DNA of 13,445 nucleotides from a virus (taxonomy: Duplodnaviria > Heunggongvirae > Uroviricota > Caudoviricetes), in IMG/VR virus record IMGVR_UViG_2654587686_000016; one strand, 5' to 3'. Each line of letters opens with the position of its first letter. Position 1 is the first letter of the stretch. The notes below the pieces were generated by a model, which did not search any database, was not told the DNA's origin, and saw only the letters and a program-made list of their open reading frames with translations. This document shows positions 6,759 to 13,445 of the stretch, one piece after another. The position numbers were made by a program, and so were the translations under genes.

Positions 6759-7065
6759 GAATCATTTGCCTCTTGATGCTTCGGGTATGATCGTTTTCGT
6801 CATTTGGTTGCTTCATCGACATATTCTGCGAATAACATGACGAGCGTCGTAAGTATGTCCAATCAACATCAGGACGAAGTTCTTCACACAGGACACCACC
6901 TTTTGTTGCTCGTTCAATCGCAGGACATCTCTCAGCAGGTAACTGACGTACACCTTTGATCCATTGATTTACGCTTGGAGGAGATACACCTAAAAGCCTA
7001 GCCATTGCTGATTGCCCACCGACAACAGCACAAGCTCGTTTGAATGAATAGTTATCTTTTTTCAT
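6742..7065 (-). CDS. ydaS: Cro/CI-type HTH DNA-binding protein, YdaS-like (first gene of the rightward-equivalent early operon)
   Basis: MKKDNYSFKRACAVVGGQSAMARLLGVSPPSVNQWIKGVRQLPAERCPAIERA closely resembles Rac YdaS as I remember it. The ATG at 7065 has GGAG 9 nt upstream; the upstream in-frame ATG in the ORF track lies within the RBS. Divergent from the repressor gene. Confidence 0.75.
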   Translation of the reverse strand: MKKDNYSFKRACAVVGGQSAMARLLGVSPPSVNQWIKGVRQLPAERCPAIERATKGGVLCEELRPDVDWTYLRRSSCYSQNMSMKQPNDENDHTRSIKRQMIHENQT

Positions 7066-7089
7066 CGAATGAACTCCAAAAAACACGCA

Positions 7090-7140
7090 ACAATATTAGG
7101 CATAGCCTAATGAAATTGTCAATAGGCTATGCCTAATACA
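7090..7140. promoter_or_regulatory. OR-like control region: two 17-bp palindromic operators overlapping a sigma70-like promoter for the ydaS-like operon
   Basis: Operator ATTAGGCATAGCCTAAT at 7094-7110 is a perfect palindrome (arms ATTAGGC / GCCTAAT); a second copy (reverse complement ATTAGGCATAGCCTATT) is at 7120-7136. On the - strand, TTGACA (7121-7116), an 18-nt spacer and TAATAT (7097-7092) form a promoter pointing at the ydaS-like gene. Confidence 0.65.
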
Positions 7141-7189
7141 TCGAGAGTAGGGATTGCCTAACGCGATGCGCATAGGAGACTATTAAGCA

Positions 7190-7666
7190 ATGCTTAGTGG
7201 TAAAGACTTAGGCCGAGCGATAGAGCAGGCCATTAACAAAAAAATTGCATCAGGAGCCGTCAAATCAAAGGCGGAAATCGCACGTCATTTCAAAGTCCAA
7301 CCACCATCAATCCATGACTGGATTAAGAAAGGTTCGATAAGTAAAGACAAACTTCCAGAACTATGGCGTTTCTTTTCTGATGTGGTTGGTCCAGAGCATT
7401 GGGGGCTTAACGAATACCCCATACCAACCCCATCCGCTTCAGATACAAAAAGTGAACTTTTAGACATAAACAGCCTTTATCAAGCCGCCTCTGATGAAAA
7501 AAGAGCAATTGTGGCTTTCATCTTATCTGGAAATGCTACGGAGCCTAGTTGGGTTGATCATGACGTTCGCGCCTACATTGCCGCAATGGAAATGAAGGTA
7601 GCTAACTATCTGAAAAATCAAGAATCAAAACGGAAAAGCCAGAACATCACCAAGACAGGAACTTAA
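7190..7666 (+). CDS. racR: RacR-like prophage repressor (158 aa)
   Basis: 158-aa ORF, the same length as K-12 RacR from memory, divergent from the cro-like gene and flanked on both sides by the same operator sequence. N-terminal HTH-like segment; AGGAG 12 nt upstream of the ATG. Confidence 0.8.
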   Translation: MLSGKDLGRAIEQAINKKIASGAVKSKAEIARHFKVQPPSIHDWIKKGSISKDKLPELWRFFSDVVGPEHWGLNEYPIPTPSASDTKSELLDINSLYQAASDEKRAIVAFILSGNATEPSWVDHDVRAYIAAMEMKVANYLKNQESKRKSQNITKTGT

Positions 7667-7680
7667 ACTTATATGGTCCG

Positions 7681-7702
7681 ACGGGAAATTCCTAGTTCCC
7701 GT
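7681..7702 (+). terminator. Candidate weak terminator/hairpin downstream of the repressor gene
   Basis: Stem ACGGGAA / TTCCCGT (7 bp) with an 8-nt loop, 15 nt after the racR-like stop, followed by a weak T-rich stretch (TAGTTAAC). Confidence 0.3.
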
Positions 7703-7759
7703 TAGTTAACTCCTACTACCTCTTCCACAAACCATCACCTATTAGGTTGCGCCCAAATT

Positions 7760-7803
7760 ATTAGGCATAGCCTATTGACAAGTAATTAGGCATTTCCTAT
7801 AGT
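7760..7803 (+). promoter_or_regulatory. OL/PL-like promoter with overlapping operator, driving the ydaF-like through exonuclease, xis and int genes
   Basis: Operator copy ATTAGGCATAGCCTATT at 7760-7776. TTGACA at 7775-7780, an exactly 17-nt spacer containing an operator half-site (ATTAGGCAT), then TATAGT at 7798-7803. Mirrors the OR promoter. Confidence 0.6.
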
Positions 7804-7984
7804 TTTCCCATACCAACCCATCCCGTCCCACACAATACAGGGCAATACCTCGAGTTACCAGGCAGTGGTCAGGGGTTAAGTAGCCAGCCCGAGGCGTAAG
7901 AACATGACGGCAGGGTTCAACTTTAATAACTATGCAGCAGGTTTTTGTTCCGCTACCCCGGCGTTAAGGGGAAATGAGGTCAGC

Positions 7985-8140
7985 ATGGATACTATCGATC
8001 TTGGCAACAGCGAATCTCTGGTATGTGGCGTGTTCCCCAACCAGGACGGTACGTTCACCGCAATGACGTATACCAAAAGCAAAACGTTTAAAACCGAATC
8101 TGGAGCGCGTCGCTGGCTGGAAAGAAATTCAGGTGGGTGA
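7985..8140 (+). CDS. Small early protein (51 aa), YdaF-like
   Basis: Internal ATG of the 78-aa ORF with GAGG 7 nt upstream (MDTIDLGNSESLVCGVFPNQDGTFTAMTYTKSKTFKTESGARRWLERNSGG). Size and position, first gene after the PL-like promoter, match the small Rac gene next to racR. Confidence 0.5.
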   Translation: MDTIDLGNSESLVCGVFPNQDGTFTAMTYTKSKTFKTESGARRWLERNSGG

Positions 8141-8141
8141 T

Positions 8142-8270
8142 ATGGATTTCGACACAATCATGGAAAAGGCTTACGAAGAATACTTCGAAGGCCTTGCCGA
8201 AGGCGAAGAAGCTCACAGCTTCAACGAATTTAAACAGGTGCTTTCCAGTTCGGCAAAATCTAATGGCTGA
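8142..8270 (+). CDS. Small early protein (42 aa), YdaG-like, translationally coupled to the previous gene
   Basis: Not in the ORF track because it is below the size cutoff. ATG at 8142 lies 1 nt after the upstream TGA (8138-8140) with AGGTGGGTGA as RBS. Translation MDFDTIMEKAYEEYFEGLAEGEEAHSFNEFKQVLSSSAKSNG. Confidence 0.45.
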   Translation: MDFDTIMEKAYEEYFEGLAEGEEAHSFNEFKQVLSSSAKSNG

Positions 8271-8299
8271 TAAGCGAAACAGCACCGCGAGGAATCAGT

Positions 8300-8518
8300 A
8301 TGCAGAAACGAGAACCCGTCATCATCGCGCCAGACTATACCAATGATGAACTTTATGAGTGGATGCACCAGAAAATTAATGCAGCGCAGGATCTGAAATG
8401 GGCTAATGAAGTCAGGGCTAAGCAGGCTGAAAATCTGTCCTCTCTGGAGCAGGATATCACCAATCTGGAAAAAGCAGCGGCATTAACCATTGCCAGAATG
8501 ATTACATACCCGCGTTAA
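8300..8518 (+). CDS. Small early protein (72 aa), in the position of Rac kilR; function unverified
   Basis: ORF with GAGGA 6 nt upstream of the ATG, in the same orientation as the early operon. K-12 KilR is of similar size (about 73 aa, from memory), but no sequence identity can be asserted. Confidence 0.5.
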   Translation: MQKREPVIIAPDYTNDELYEWMHQKINAAQDLKWANEVRAKQAENLSSLEQDITNLEKAAALTIARMITYPR

Positions 8519-9086
8519 TAGCTAACCAACGAAGCTAAGGTTGGTAATTAAGGAGTTCTCCACGGGTGAGGTGGAGTGCTTGCGCCGGACACGGGTGAGC
8601 ATCCGGCACTGACAGTTTACTGAAAGGATATTTCCCTGAAAAGTCAGACCATAACGCGAAAGCGCACGGCGAGGTAGCTGGTTCATAGATAGCCTGTCGT
8701 TAAATTTTTGTCGACCGTGCGCTTCCGGTTGTGGCAATCCGCGAAATGGCGCGGCGGTAAGTATGGCGGGGTTATTCCTTCCCCCGTTGCGGACACCGGG
8801 TTGTCAGGTTGACCATACGCTTAAGTGACAACCCCGCTGCAACGCCCTCTGTTATCAATTTTCTGGTGACGTTTGGCGGTATCAGTTTTACTCCGTGACT
8901 GCTCTGCCGCCCTTTTTAAAGTGAATTTTGTGATGTGGTGAATGCGGCTGAGCGCACGCGGAACAGTTAAAACCAAAAACAGTGTTATGGGTGGATTCTC
9001 TGTATCCGGCGTTAATTGTTAACTGGTTAACGTCACCTGGAGGCACCAGGCACCGCATCACAAAATTCATTGTTGAGGACGCGATA

Positions 9087-9275
9087 ATGGAAACGTTATT
9101 ACCAAACGTTAATACGTCTGAAGGTTGTTTTGAAATTGGTGTCACTATCAGTAACCCTGTATTTACTGAAGATGCCATTAACAAGAGAAAACACGAACGG
9201 GAGTTATTAAATAAAATATGCATTCTTTCAATGCTGGCCCGTTTACGTCCGATACAAAAAGGATGCTGGCAATGA
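9087..9275 (+). CDS. Small hypothetical protein (62 aa)
   Basis: Internal ATG of the 97-aa ORF with GAGGA 7 nt upstream (METLLPNVNTSEGCFEIGVT...). Its stop overlaps the next ATG as ATGA. Confidence 0.5.
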   Translation: METLLPNVNTSEGCFEIGVTISNPVFTEDAINKRKHERELLNKICILSMLARLRPIQKGCWQ

Positions 9276-9463
9276 ATACAGCATTTGCACTTGTTCTGAC
9301 AGTTTTTCTTGTTTCCGGAGAGCCAGTTGATATTGCAGTCAGTGTTCACAGGACAATGCAGGAGTGTGTGACTGCAGCAACCGAACAGAAAATTCCCGGT
9401 AACTGTTACCCGGTCGATAAAGTTATTCACCAGGATAATAACGAAATCCCGGCAGGTCTTTAA
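9272..9463 (+). CDS. Small hypothetical protein (63 aa) with an N-terminal hydrophobic, signal-peptide/TM-like segment
   Basis: ATG at 9272 overlaps the upstream stop (ATGA), with AAGGA about 9 nt upstream. N-terminus MNTAFALVLTVFLVSGEPV is hydrophobic; the mature part contains 3 Cys. Confidence 0.5.
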   Translation: MNTAFALVLTVFLVSGEPVDIAVSVHRTMQECVTAATEQKIPGNCYPVDKVIHQDNNEIPAGL

Positions 9464-9555
9464 AACAGTTCCGTAATAAACATCCGATTTCATTCTTATA
9501 TGCCAGCAATGGCAGGGATTTGTTCACCCTTAAATCTGTAATGAGGTAAAACAAA

Positions 9556-12027
9556 ATGAGTAAAGTCTTTATTTGCGCCGCCATTCCGGACGAACAGGCA
9601 ATAAAGGAAGAAGGTGCAGTCGCTGTAGCCACTGCCATTGAAGCCGGTGATGAATGTCGCGCCCGCGCAAAATTTCACTGGCAATTCCTGGAACATTATC
9701 CGGCTGCTCAGGACTGCGCTTATAAATTTATTGTCTGCGAGGATAAACCTGGCATACCCCGCCCTGCCCTCGATTCATGGGATGCTGAATATATGCAGGA
9801 AAACCGCTGGGATGAGGAGTCTGCTTCTTTTGTCCCGGTTGAGACTGAATCCTATCCGATGAACGTCACTTTTGACAAGCTGGCCCCTGAAGTACAGAAC
9901 GCTGTCATGGTTAAGTTCGACACATGTGAAAACATCACCGTTGATATGGTTATTAGCGCACAGGAATTGTTGCAGGAAGACATGGCAACATTCGACGGAC
10001 ATATCGTTGAAGCGTTGATGAAAATGCCAGAAGTTAACGCCATGTATCCGGAGCTTAAGTTGCACGCCATTGGGTGGGTTAAGCATAAATGTATTCCTGG
10101 TGCTAAATGGCCCGAAATTCAGGCAGAGATGCGCATCTGGAAAAAACGTCGCGAAGGTGAACGCAAGGAAACCGGAAAATACACGTCTGTTGTTGATCTC
10201 GCCCGCGCCAGAGCCAATCAACAGTACACTGAAAATTCAACAGGAAAAATCAGCCCGGTCATTGCTGCCATTCATCGCGAATACAAGCAGACATGGAAAA
10301 CACTGGATGACGAACTGGCCTACGCTCTCTGGCCTGGTGATGTGGATGCCGGAAACATTGACGGCAGCATCCATCGCTGGGCAAAAAATGAAGTTATCGA
10401 CAACGGCCGCGAAGACTGGAAGCGTATCTCGGCATCAATGCGCAAACAGCCTGATGCCCTTCGCTACGACCGCCAGACTATTTTTGGCCTTGTCCGTGAA
10501 CGTCCGATCGACATTCACAAAGATCCCGTAGCACTGAACAAATATATCTGCGAATACCTGACGACAAAGGGCGTGTTTGAGAATGAAGAAACAGACCTGG
10601 GCACTGTTGATGTTCTCCAGTCATCAGAAACACAAACTGATGCAGTGGAAACTGAGGTATCTGATATCCCAAAAAATGAAACCGCGCCGGAAGCTGAACC
10701 ATCTGTAGAGCGTGAGGGGCCGTTCTACTTCCTCTTCACCGACAAGGATGGCGAAAAATACGGTCGCGCAAACAAACTTTCTGGTCTGGATAAGGCGCTG
10801 TCTGCTGGGGCTACTGAAATCACGAAAGAAGAATATTTCGCCCGCAAAAACGGTACATACTCAGGTTCACAACAAAATACTGGTGCATCTGACACGACCG
10901 CACAACCAGGGTCAGTAAAAGTTACCGCTGACGAAGTAAACAAAATTATGCAGGCAGCCAATATCAGCCAGCCTGACGCCGATGAACTGCTTGCAGTATC
11001 ACGTGGTGAATTTGTTGAAGGGATTAGCGACCCGAATGATCCGAAATGGGTTAAGGGGATCCAGACCCGCGATTCTGTGAACCAGAACCAGCAAGAAACG
11101 GAACAGAACGACCAGAAAGCGGAACAAAACAGCCCAAATACGCAACAAAACGAGCCAGAAACGAAACAACCTGAACCAGTAGTGCAACAGGAACCGGAAA
11201 AGATCTGCACCGCCTGCGGTCAGAGCGGTGGCGGCAACTGCCCTGATTGTGGTGCGGTGATGGGTGACGCAACATACCAGGAAATATTCGATGGAGAGAA
11301 TCAGCCTGAAGTTCAGGAAAATGATCCGGAGGAAATGGAAGGCACTGCGCATCAGCACAAGGAGAACACTGGCGGCAATCAGCATCATGCCAGCGATATT
11401 GAAACTGGCGAGGCGTCAGATCCCTTAATTAAGGCGAACGGTCATCATAATCTCACATCCACCAGCAGAGCGGGGATTCATCTGATGATCGACCTTGAAA
11501 CCATGGGAAAAAATCCCGATGCCCCGATTATCTCAATAGGTGCAATATTTTTCGATCCGCAAACCGGAGATATGGGACCGGAATTTAGTAAGACTATCGA
11601 TCTGGAAACTGCTGGCGGAGTCATTGATCGGGACACCATTAAATGGTGGCTTAAGCAATCACGCGAAGCGCAATCTGCCATTATGACCGATGAAATCCCG
11701 TTAGATGATGCACTGTTACAATTGCGGGAATTTATCGACGAAAACTCCGGTGAATTTTTTGTTCAGGTCTGGGGAAATGGAGCCAACTTCGACAACACGA
11801 TTTTGCGCCGTTCATACGAACGGCAGGGGATCCCCTGCCCGTGGCGTTACTACAACGATCGCGATGTACGCACAATCGTTGAGCTGGGGAAAGCCATAGA
11901 CTTCGATGCCAGAACGGCTATTCCATTCGAAGGTGAGCGCCATAATGCACTTGATGACGCCCGTTACCAGGCAAAATACGTTTCAGTTATCTGGCAAAAA
12001 CTGATCCCGAGTCAGGCTGATTTTTAA
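9556..12027 (+). CDS. Large exonuclease (823 aa) in the RecE position: C-terminal DnaQ-like DEDDh 3'-5' exonuclease domain, central Q/E/N-rich linker and a CxxC...CxxC zinc ribbon
   Basis: Long ORF with GAGG 9 nt upstream. C-terminal motifs MIDLETMG (Exo I, D-x-E), VWGNGANFDNTIL (Exo II) and HNALDDARYQA (Exo III, H-x4-D) are seen directly. Zinc ribbon CTACGQSGGGNCPDCG at nt 11207-11257. The low-complexity linker has a T-poor DNA repeat at about 11090-11200. Confidence 0.8.
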   Translation: MSKVFICAAIPDEQAIKEEGAVAVATAIEAGDECRARAKFHWQFLEHYPAAQDCAYKFIVCEDKPGIPRPALDSWDAEYMQENRWDEESASFVPVETESYPMNVTFDKLAPEVQNAVMVKFDTCENITVDMVISAQELLQEDMATFDGHIVEALMKMPEVNAMYPELKLHAIGWVKHKCIPGAKWPEIQAEMRIWKKRREGERKETGKYTSVVDLARARANQQYTENSTGKISPVIAAIHREYKQTWKTLDDELAYALWPGDVDAGNIDGSIHRWAKNEVIDNGREDWKRISASMRKQPDALRYDRQTIFGLVRERPIDIHKDPVALNKYICEYLTTKGVFENEETDLGTVDVLQSSETQTDAVETEVSDIPKNETAPEAEPSVEREGPFYFLFTDKDGEKYGRANKLSGLDKALSAGATEITKEEYFARKNGTYSGSQQNTGASDTTAQPGSVKVTADEVNKIMQAANISQPDADELLAVSRGEFVEGISDPNDPKWVKGIQTRDSVNQNQQETEQNDQKAEQNSPNTQQNEPETKQPEPVVQQEPEKICTACGQSGGGNCPDCGAVMGDATYQEIFDGENQPEVQENDPEEMEGTAHQHKENTGGNQHHASDIETGEASDPLIKANGHHNLTSTSRAGIHLMIDLETMGKNPDAPIISIGAIFFDPQTGDMGPEFSKTIDLETAGGVIDRDTIKWWLKQSREAQSAIMTDEIPLDDALLQLREFIDENSGEFFVQVWGNGANFDNTILRRSYERQGIPCPWRYYNDRDVRTIVELGKAIDFDARTAIPFEGERHNALDDARYQAKYVSVIWQKLIPSQADF

Positions 12028-12038
12028 TGTTCAACCGT

Positions 12039-12070
12039 CGCCAGTTGTCGTTGATATTCTGCAACTGGCG
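12039..12070 (+). promoter_or_regulatory. Inverted repeat/hairpin between the exonuclease and xis
   Basis: CGCCAGTTG (12039-12047) and CAACTGGCG (12062-12070) form a 9-bp perfect stem with a 14-nt loop. No T-run follows, so it is unlikely to be a simple intrinsic terminator. Confidence 0.35.
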
Positions 12071-12088
12071 CGTTCCGGAGTGATAGCC

Positions 12089-12358
12089 ATGAGCGAACAG
12101 TACCTGATAACGCTCGACGAGTGGAAACCAAAACGGTTCAGTCTCCCAATAACAAACACTACCCTGGTGAAATACGGAAAACTAGGATACATCGTTCCAA
12201 GGCCACAAAAAATTCGTGGGCGTTGGCTGATAGATCGCCGAGCAGTATTTGTTGGGCCTGGTGAAACGGGAATTGCGCCGGAAATTCATACTGGCGATGA
12301 TGATGCACTGAAGGAGATTTTAACTCATGTCACCGAGGCCACGAAAAAACAGCACTGA
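12089..12358 (+). CDS. xis: Excisionase (Xis-like)
   Basis: The N-terminus MSEQYLITLDEW... resembles the lambda Xis N-terminus (MYLTLQEW...) from memory. GGAG 9 nt upstream of the ATG at 12089 (the track uses a GTG at 12080). The 3' end overlaps the int start by 32 nt, the typical xis-int arrangement. Confidence 0.7.
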   Translation: MSEQYLITLDEWKPKRFSLPITNTTLVKYGKLGYIVPRPQKIRGRWLIDRRAVFVGPGETGIAPEIHTGDDDALKEILTHVTEATKKQH

Positions 12359-13445
12359 CGTAGCCGGTCTTTACGAAAAGTTTGATCGCAGAACTGGCAG
12401 AGTTTACTACCAGTATAAAAATCCTGTGACTGGAAAATTTCACGGACTCGGAACAGACAAAGGTAAGGCAGAAAAAATCGCTTCCACAGCCAATCAGCGA
12501 ATAGCTGCAGCAGAAGCTGAATATTTCATGCGCAAAATTGATGAAAGTCCGTCAGCAACAAAACGTCGGGGTATCAGATTAAAGGCATGGGTTGATCGAT
12601 ATCTGAAAATACAGGACACGCGACTGAAAAATGGAGATATTGCAGCTACAACTCACAAAGAAAAAACTCGAATGGCTGCATACCTGGTTTCCCGTCTGGG
12701 AAACCACCCATTGAAAGAACTGGAAGTAAGAGACTTTGCATTAATACTGGATGAGTGGCTGGATAAAGACATGGTCAGCACAGCGAGAGTAAATCGTGGA
12801 TTATGGGTTGATATTTATAAAGAAGCACAGCATGCAGGGGAAGTTCCTCCTGGATGGAATCCTCCGGAGGCTACCCGTAAACCGATCCCTAAAGTAACCA
12901 GAGCCAGGCTCACCATGGAAGACTGGCAAAAAATTTACAATGCAACGCCTGAAAAACACTTTATCCGTAACGCAATGCTTCTTGCGATTGTTACTGGTCA
13001 GCGCCGTGATGACATTTGCCACATGCGTTTTTCAGATGTGTGGAACGAACACTTGCATATCACCCAGGGAAAAACCGGAATGCGTCTGGCGTTACCGCTT
13101 ACACTACGCTGTGATGCCATTGGGATAACGTTAAAAGAAGTTATTGATGGGTGCCGAGACAGAATATTAAGTCCATATCTAATCCATAGTCGGCACCAGA
13201 AACAACCGAAGCCGATGAGTAAAGACAACCTGAGCGACTACTTTGCCAAAGCACGGGATCTGGCTGGGATAATTCCACCAGCAGGAAAAACTCCGCCAAC
13301 ATTTCATGAACAACGCTCTCTATCAGAACGGCTGTACCGTGCACAGGGTATCGATACAAAAACATTACTAGGACATAAAGTCCAGGCAACCACCGATCGC
13401 TATAACGATACTCGAGGTCAGGAATGGGTTAAGTTGGTTATTTAA
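12327..13445 (+). CDS. int: Tyrosine site-specific integrase (lambda Int family)
   Basis: 372-aa ORF with AGGAG 11 nt upstream. The C-terminal catalytic region has H-x-x-R (HEQRS) and the terminal tyrosine context (TTDRYNDTRG). It sits directly after xis, and its stop is the last codon of the window. Confidence 0.9.
   Translation: MSPRPRKNSTDVAGLYEKFDRRTGRVYYQYKNPVTGKFHGLGTDKGKAEKIASTANQRIAAAEAEYFMRKIDESPSATKRRGIRLKAWVDRYLKIQDTRLKNGDIAATTHKEKTRMAAYLVSRLGNHPLKELEVRDFALILDEWLDKDMVSTARVNRGLWVDIYKEAQHAGEVPPGWNPPEATRKPIPKVTRARLTMEDWQKIYNATPEKHFIRNAMLLAIVTGQRRDDICHMRFSDVWNEHLHITQGKTGMRLALPLTLRCDAIGITLKEVIDGCRDRILSPYLIHSRHQKQPKPMSKDNLSDYFAKARDLAGIIPPAGKTPPTFHEQRSLSERLYRAQGIDTKTLLGHKVQATTDRYNDTRGQEWVKLVI

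Larger units (their letters stand above)
1..13445. mobile_element. Segment of a mosaic lambdoid prophage (Rac-like immunity/integration arm plus Qin-like hok/DUF968 region); neither att site is visible in the window
   Basis: Gene content and order: int, xis, exonuclease, RacR-like repressor with operators, cro-like/ydaT-like, replication initiator with iterons, hok, DUF968. The integrase stop coincides with the window end. Confidence 0.85.

Noticed and set aside
7130-7189. Attempt to define a promoter for the racR-like gene on the + strand
   Set aside because: No -35/-10 pair with acceptable spacing was found (TTGTCA at 7115-7120 is only 12 nt from TAATAC at 7133-7138); left unannotated rather than forced.
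7418-7819. 13-bp direct repeat CCCATACCAACCC at 7418-7430 (inside racR) and 7807-7819 (just downstream of the PL-like promoter)
   Set aside because: About two to three exact 13-mers are expected by chance in a window this size; no second supporting feature, so not called as a regulatory repeat.
8888-9493. 201-aa ORF on the - strand
   Set aside because: Aberrant Cys/His/Asn-rich composition and no RBS; it overlaps two + strand ORFs that have good SDs and ATGA coupling. Most likely a spurious antisense frame.
10725-11388. Several 74-161-aa ORFs on the - strand inside the 823-aa exonuclease gene
   Set aside because: They are antisense to a long, well-supported coding frame and fall in the T-poor low-complexity stretch that encodes the Q/E/N-rich linker; Cys/Phe-rich junk translations.
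1-13445. tRNA, rRNA, CRISPR array, IS element or transposase
   Set aside because: No cloverleaf-like tRNA candidates, rRNA-like conserved blocks, regularly spaced repeat-spacer arrays or terminal inverted repeats with a transposase ORF were recognised by eye. A tRNA att site may lie just beyond the integrase at the right edge, outside the window.

Overview
The whole window reads as one arm of a mosaic lambdoid prophage of the Rac/Qin type, probably from E. coli or a close relative; this is judged from gene order and remembered protein similarity, with no search run. Right to left it carries a tyrosine integrase and Xis (+ strand, integrase stop at the window edge), an 823-aa exonuclease with a C-terminal DEDDh domain, small early genes, a RacR-like repressor flanked by repeated 17-bp palindromic operators, then divergent ydaS/ydaT-like genes and a replication initiator with internal iterons (- strand), followed by a hok toxin, a DUF968-like gene and a partial gene at the left edge. 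The standout is an AT-rich (about 33-40% GC versus about 50% in the flanks) convergent two-gene cassette at 2389-4024, sitting between the replication module and hok, in the slot where, as I recall it, K-12 Qin carries relBE. One of its proteins (192 aa) has a PD-(D/E)xK-type nuclease signature and the other (365 aa) has no function I can assign; this is the best candidate for an undescribed defence or abortive-infection system. No rRNA, tRNA, CRISPR array or IS element was recognised.
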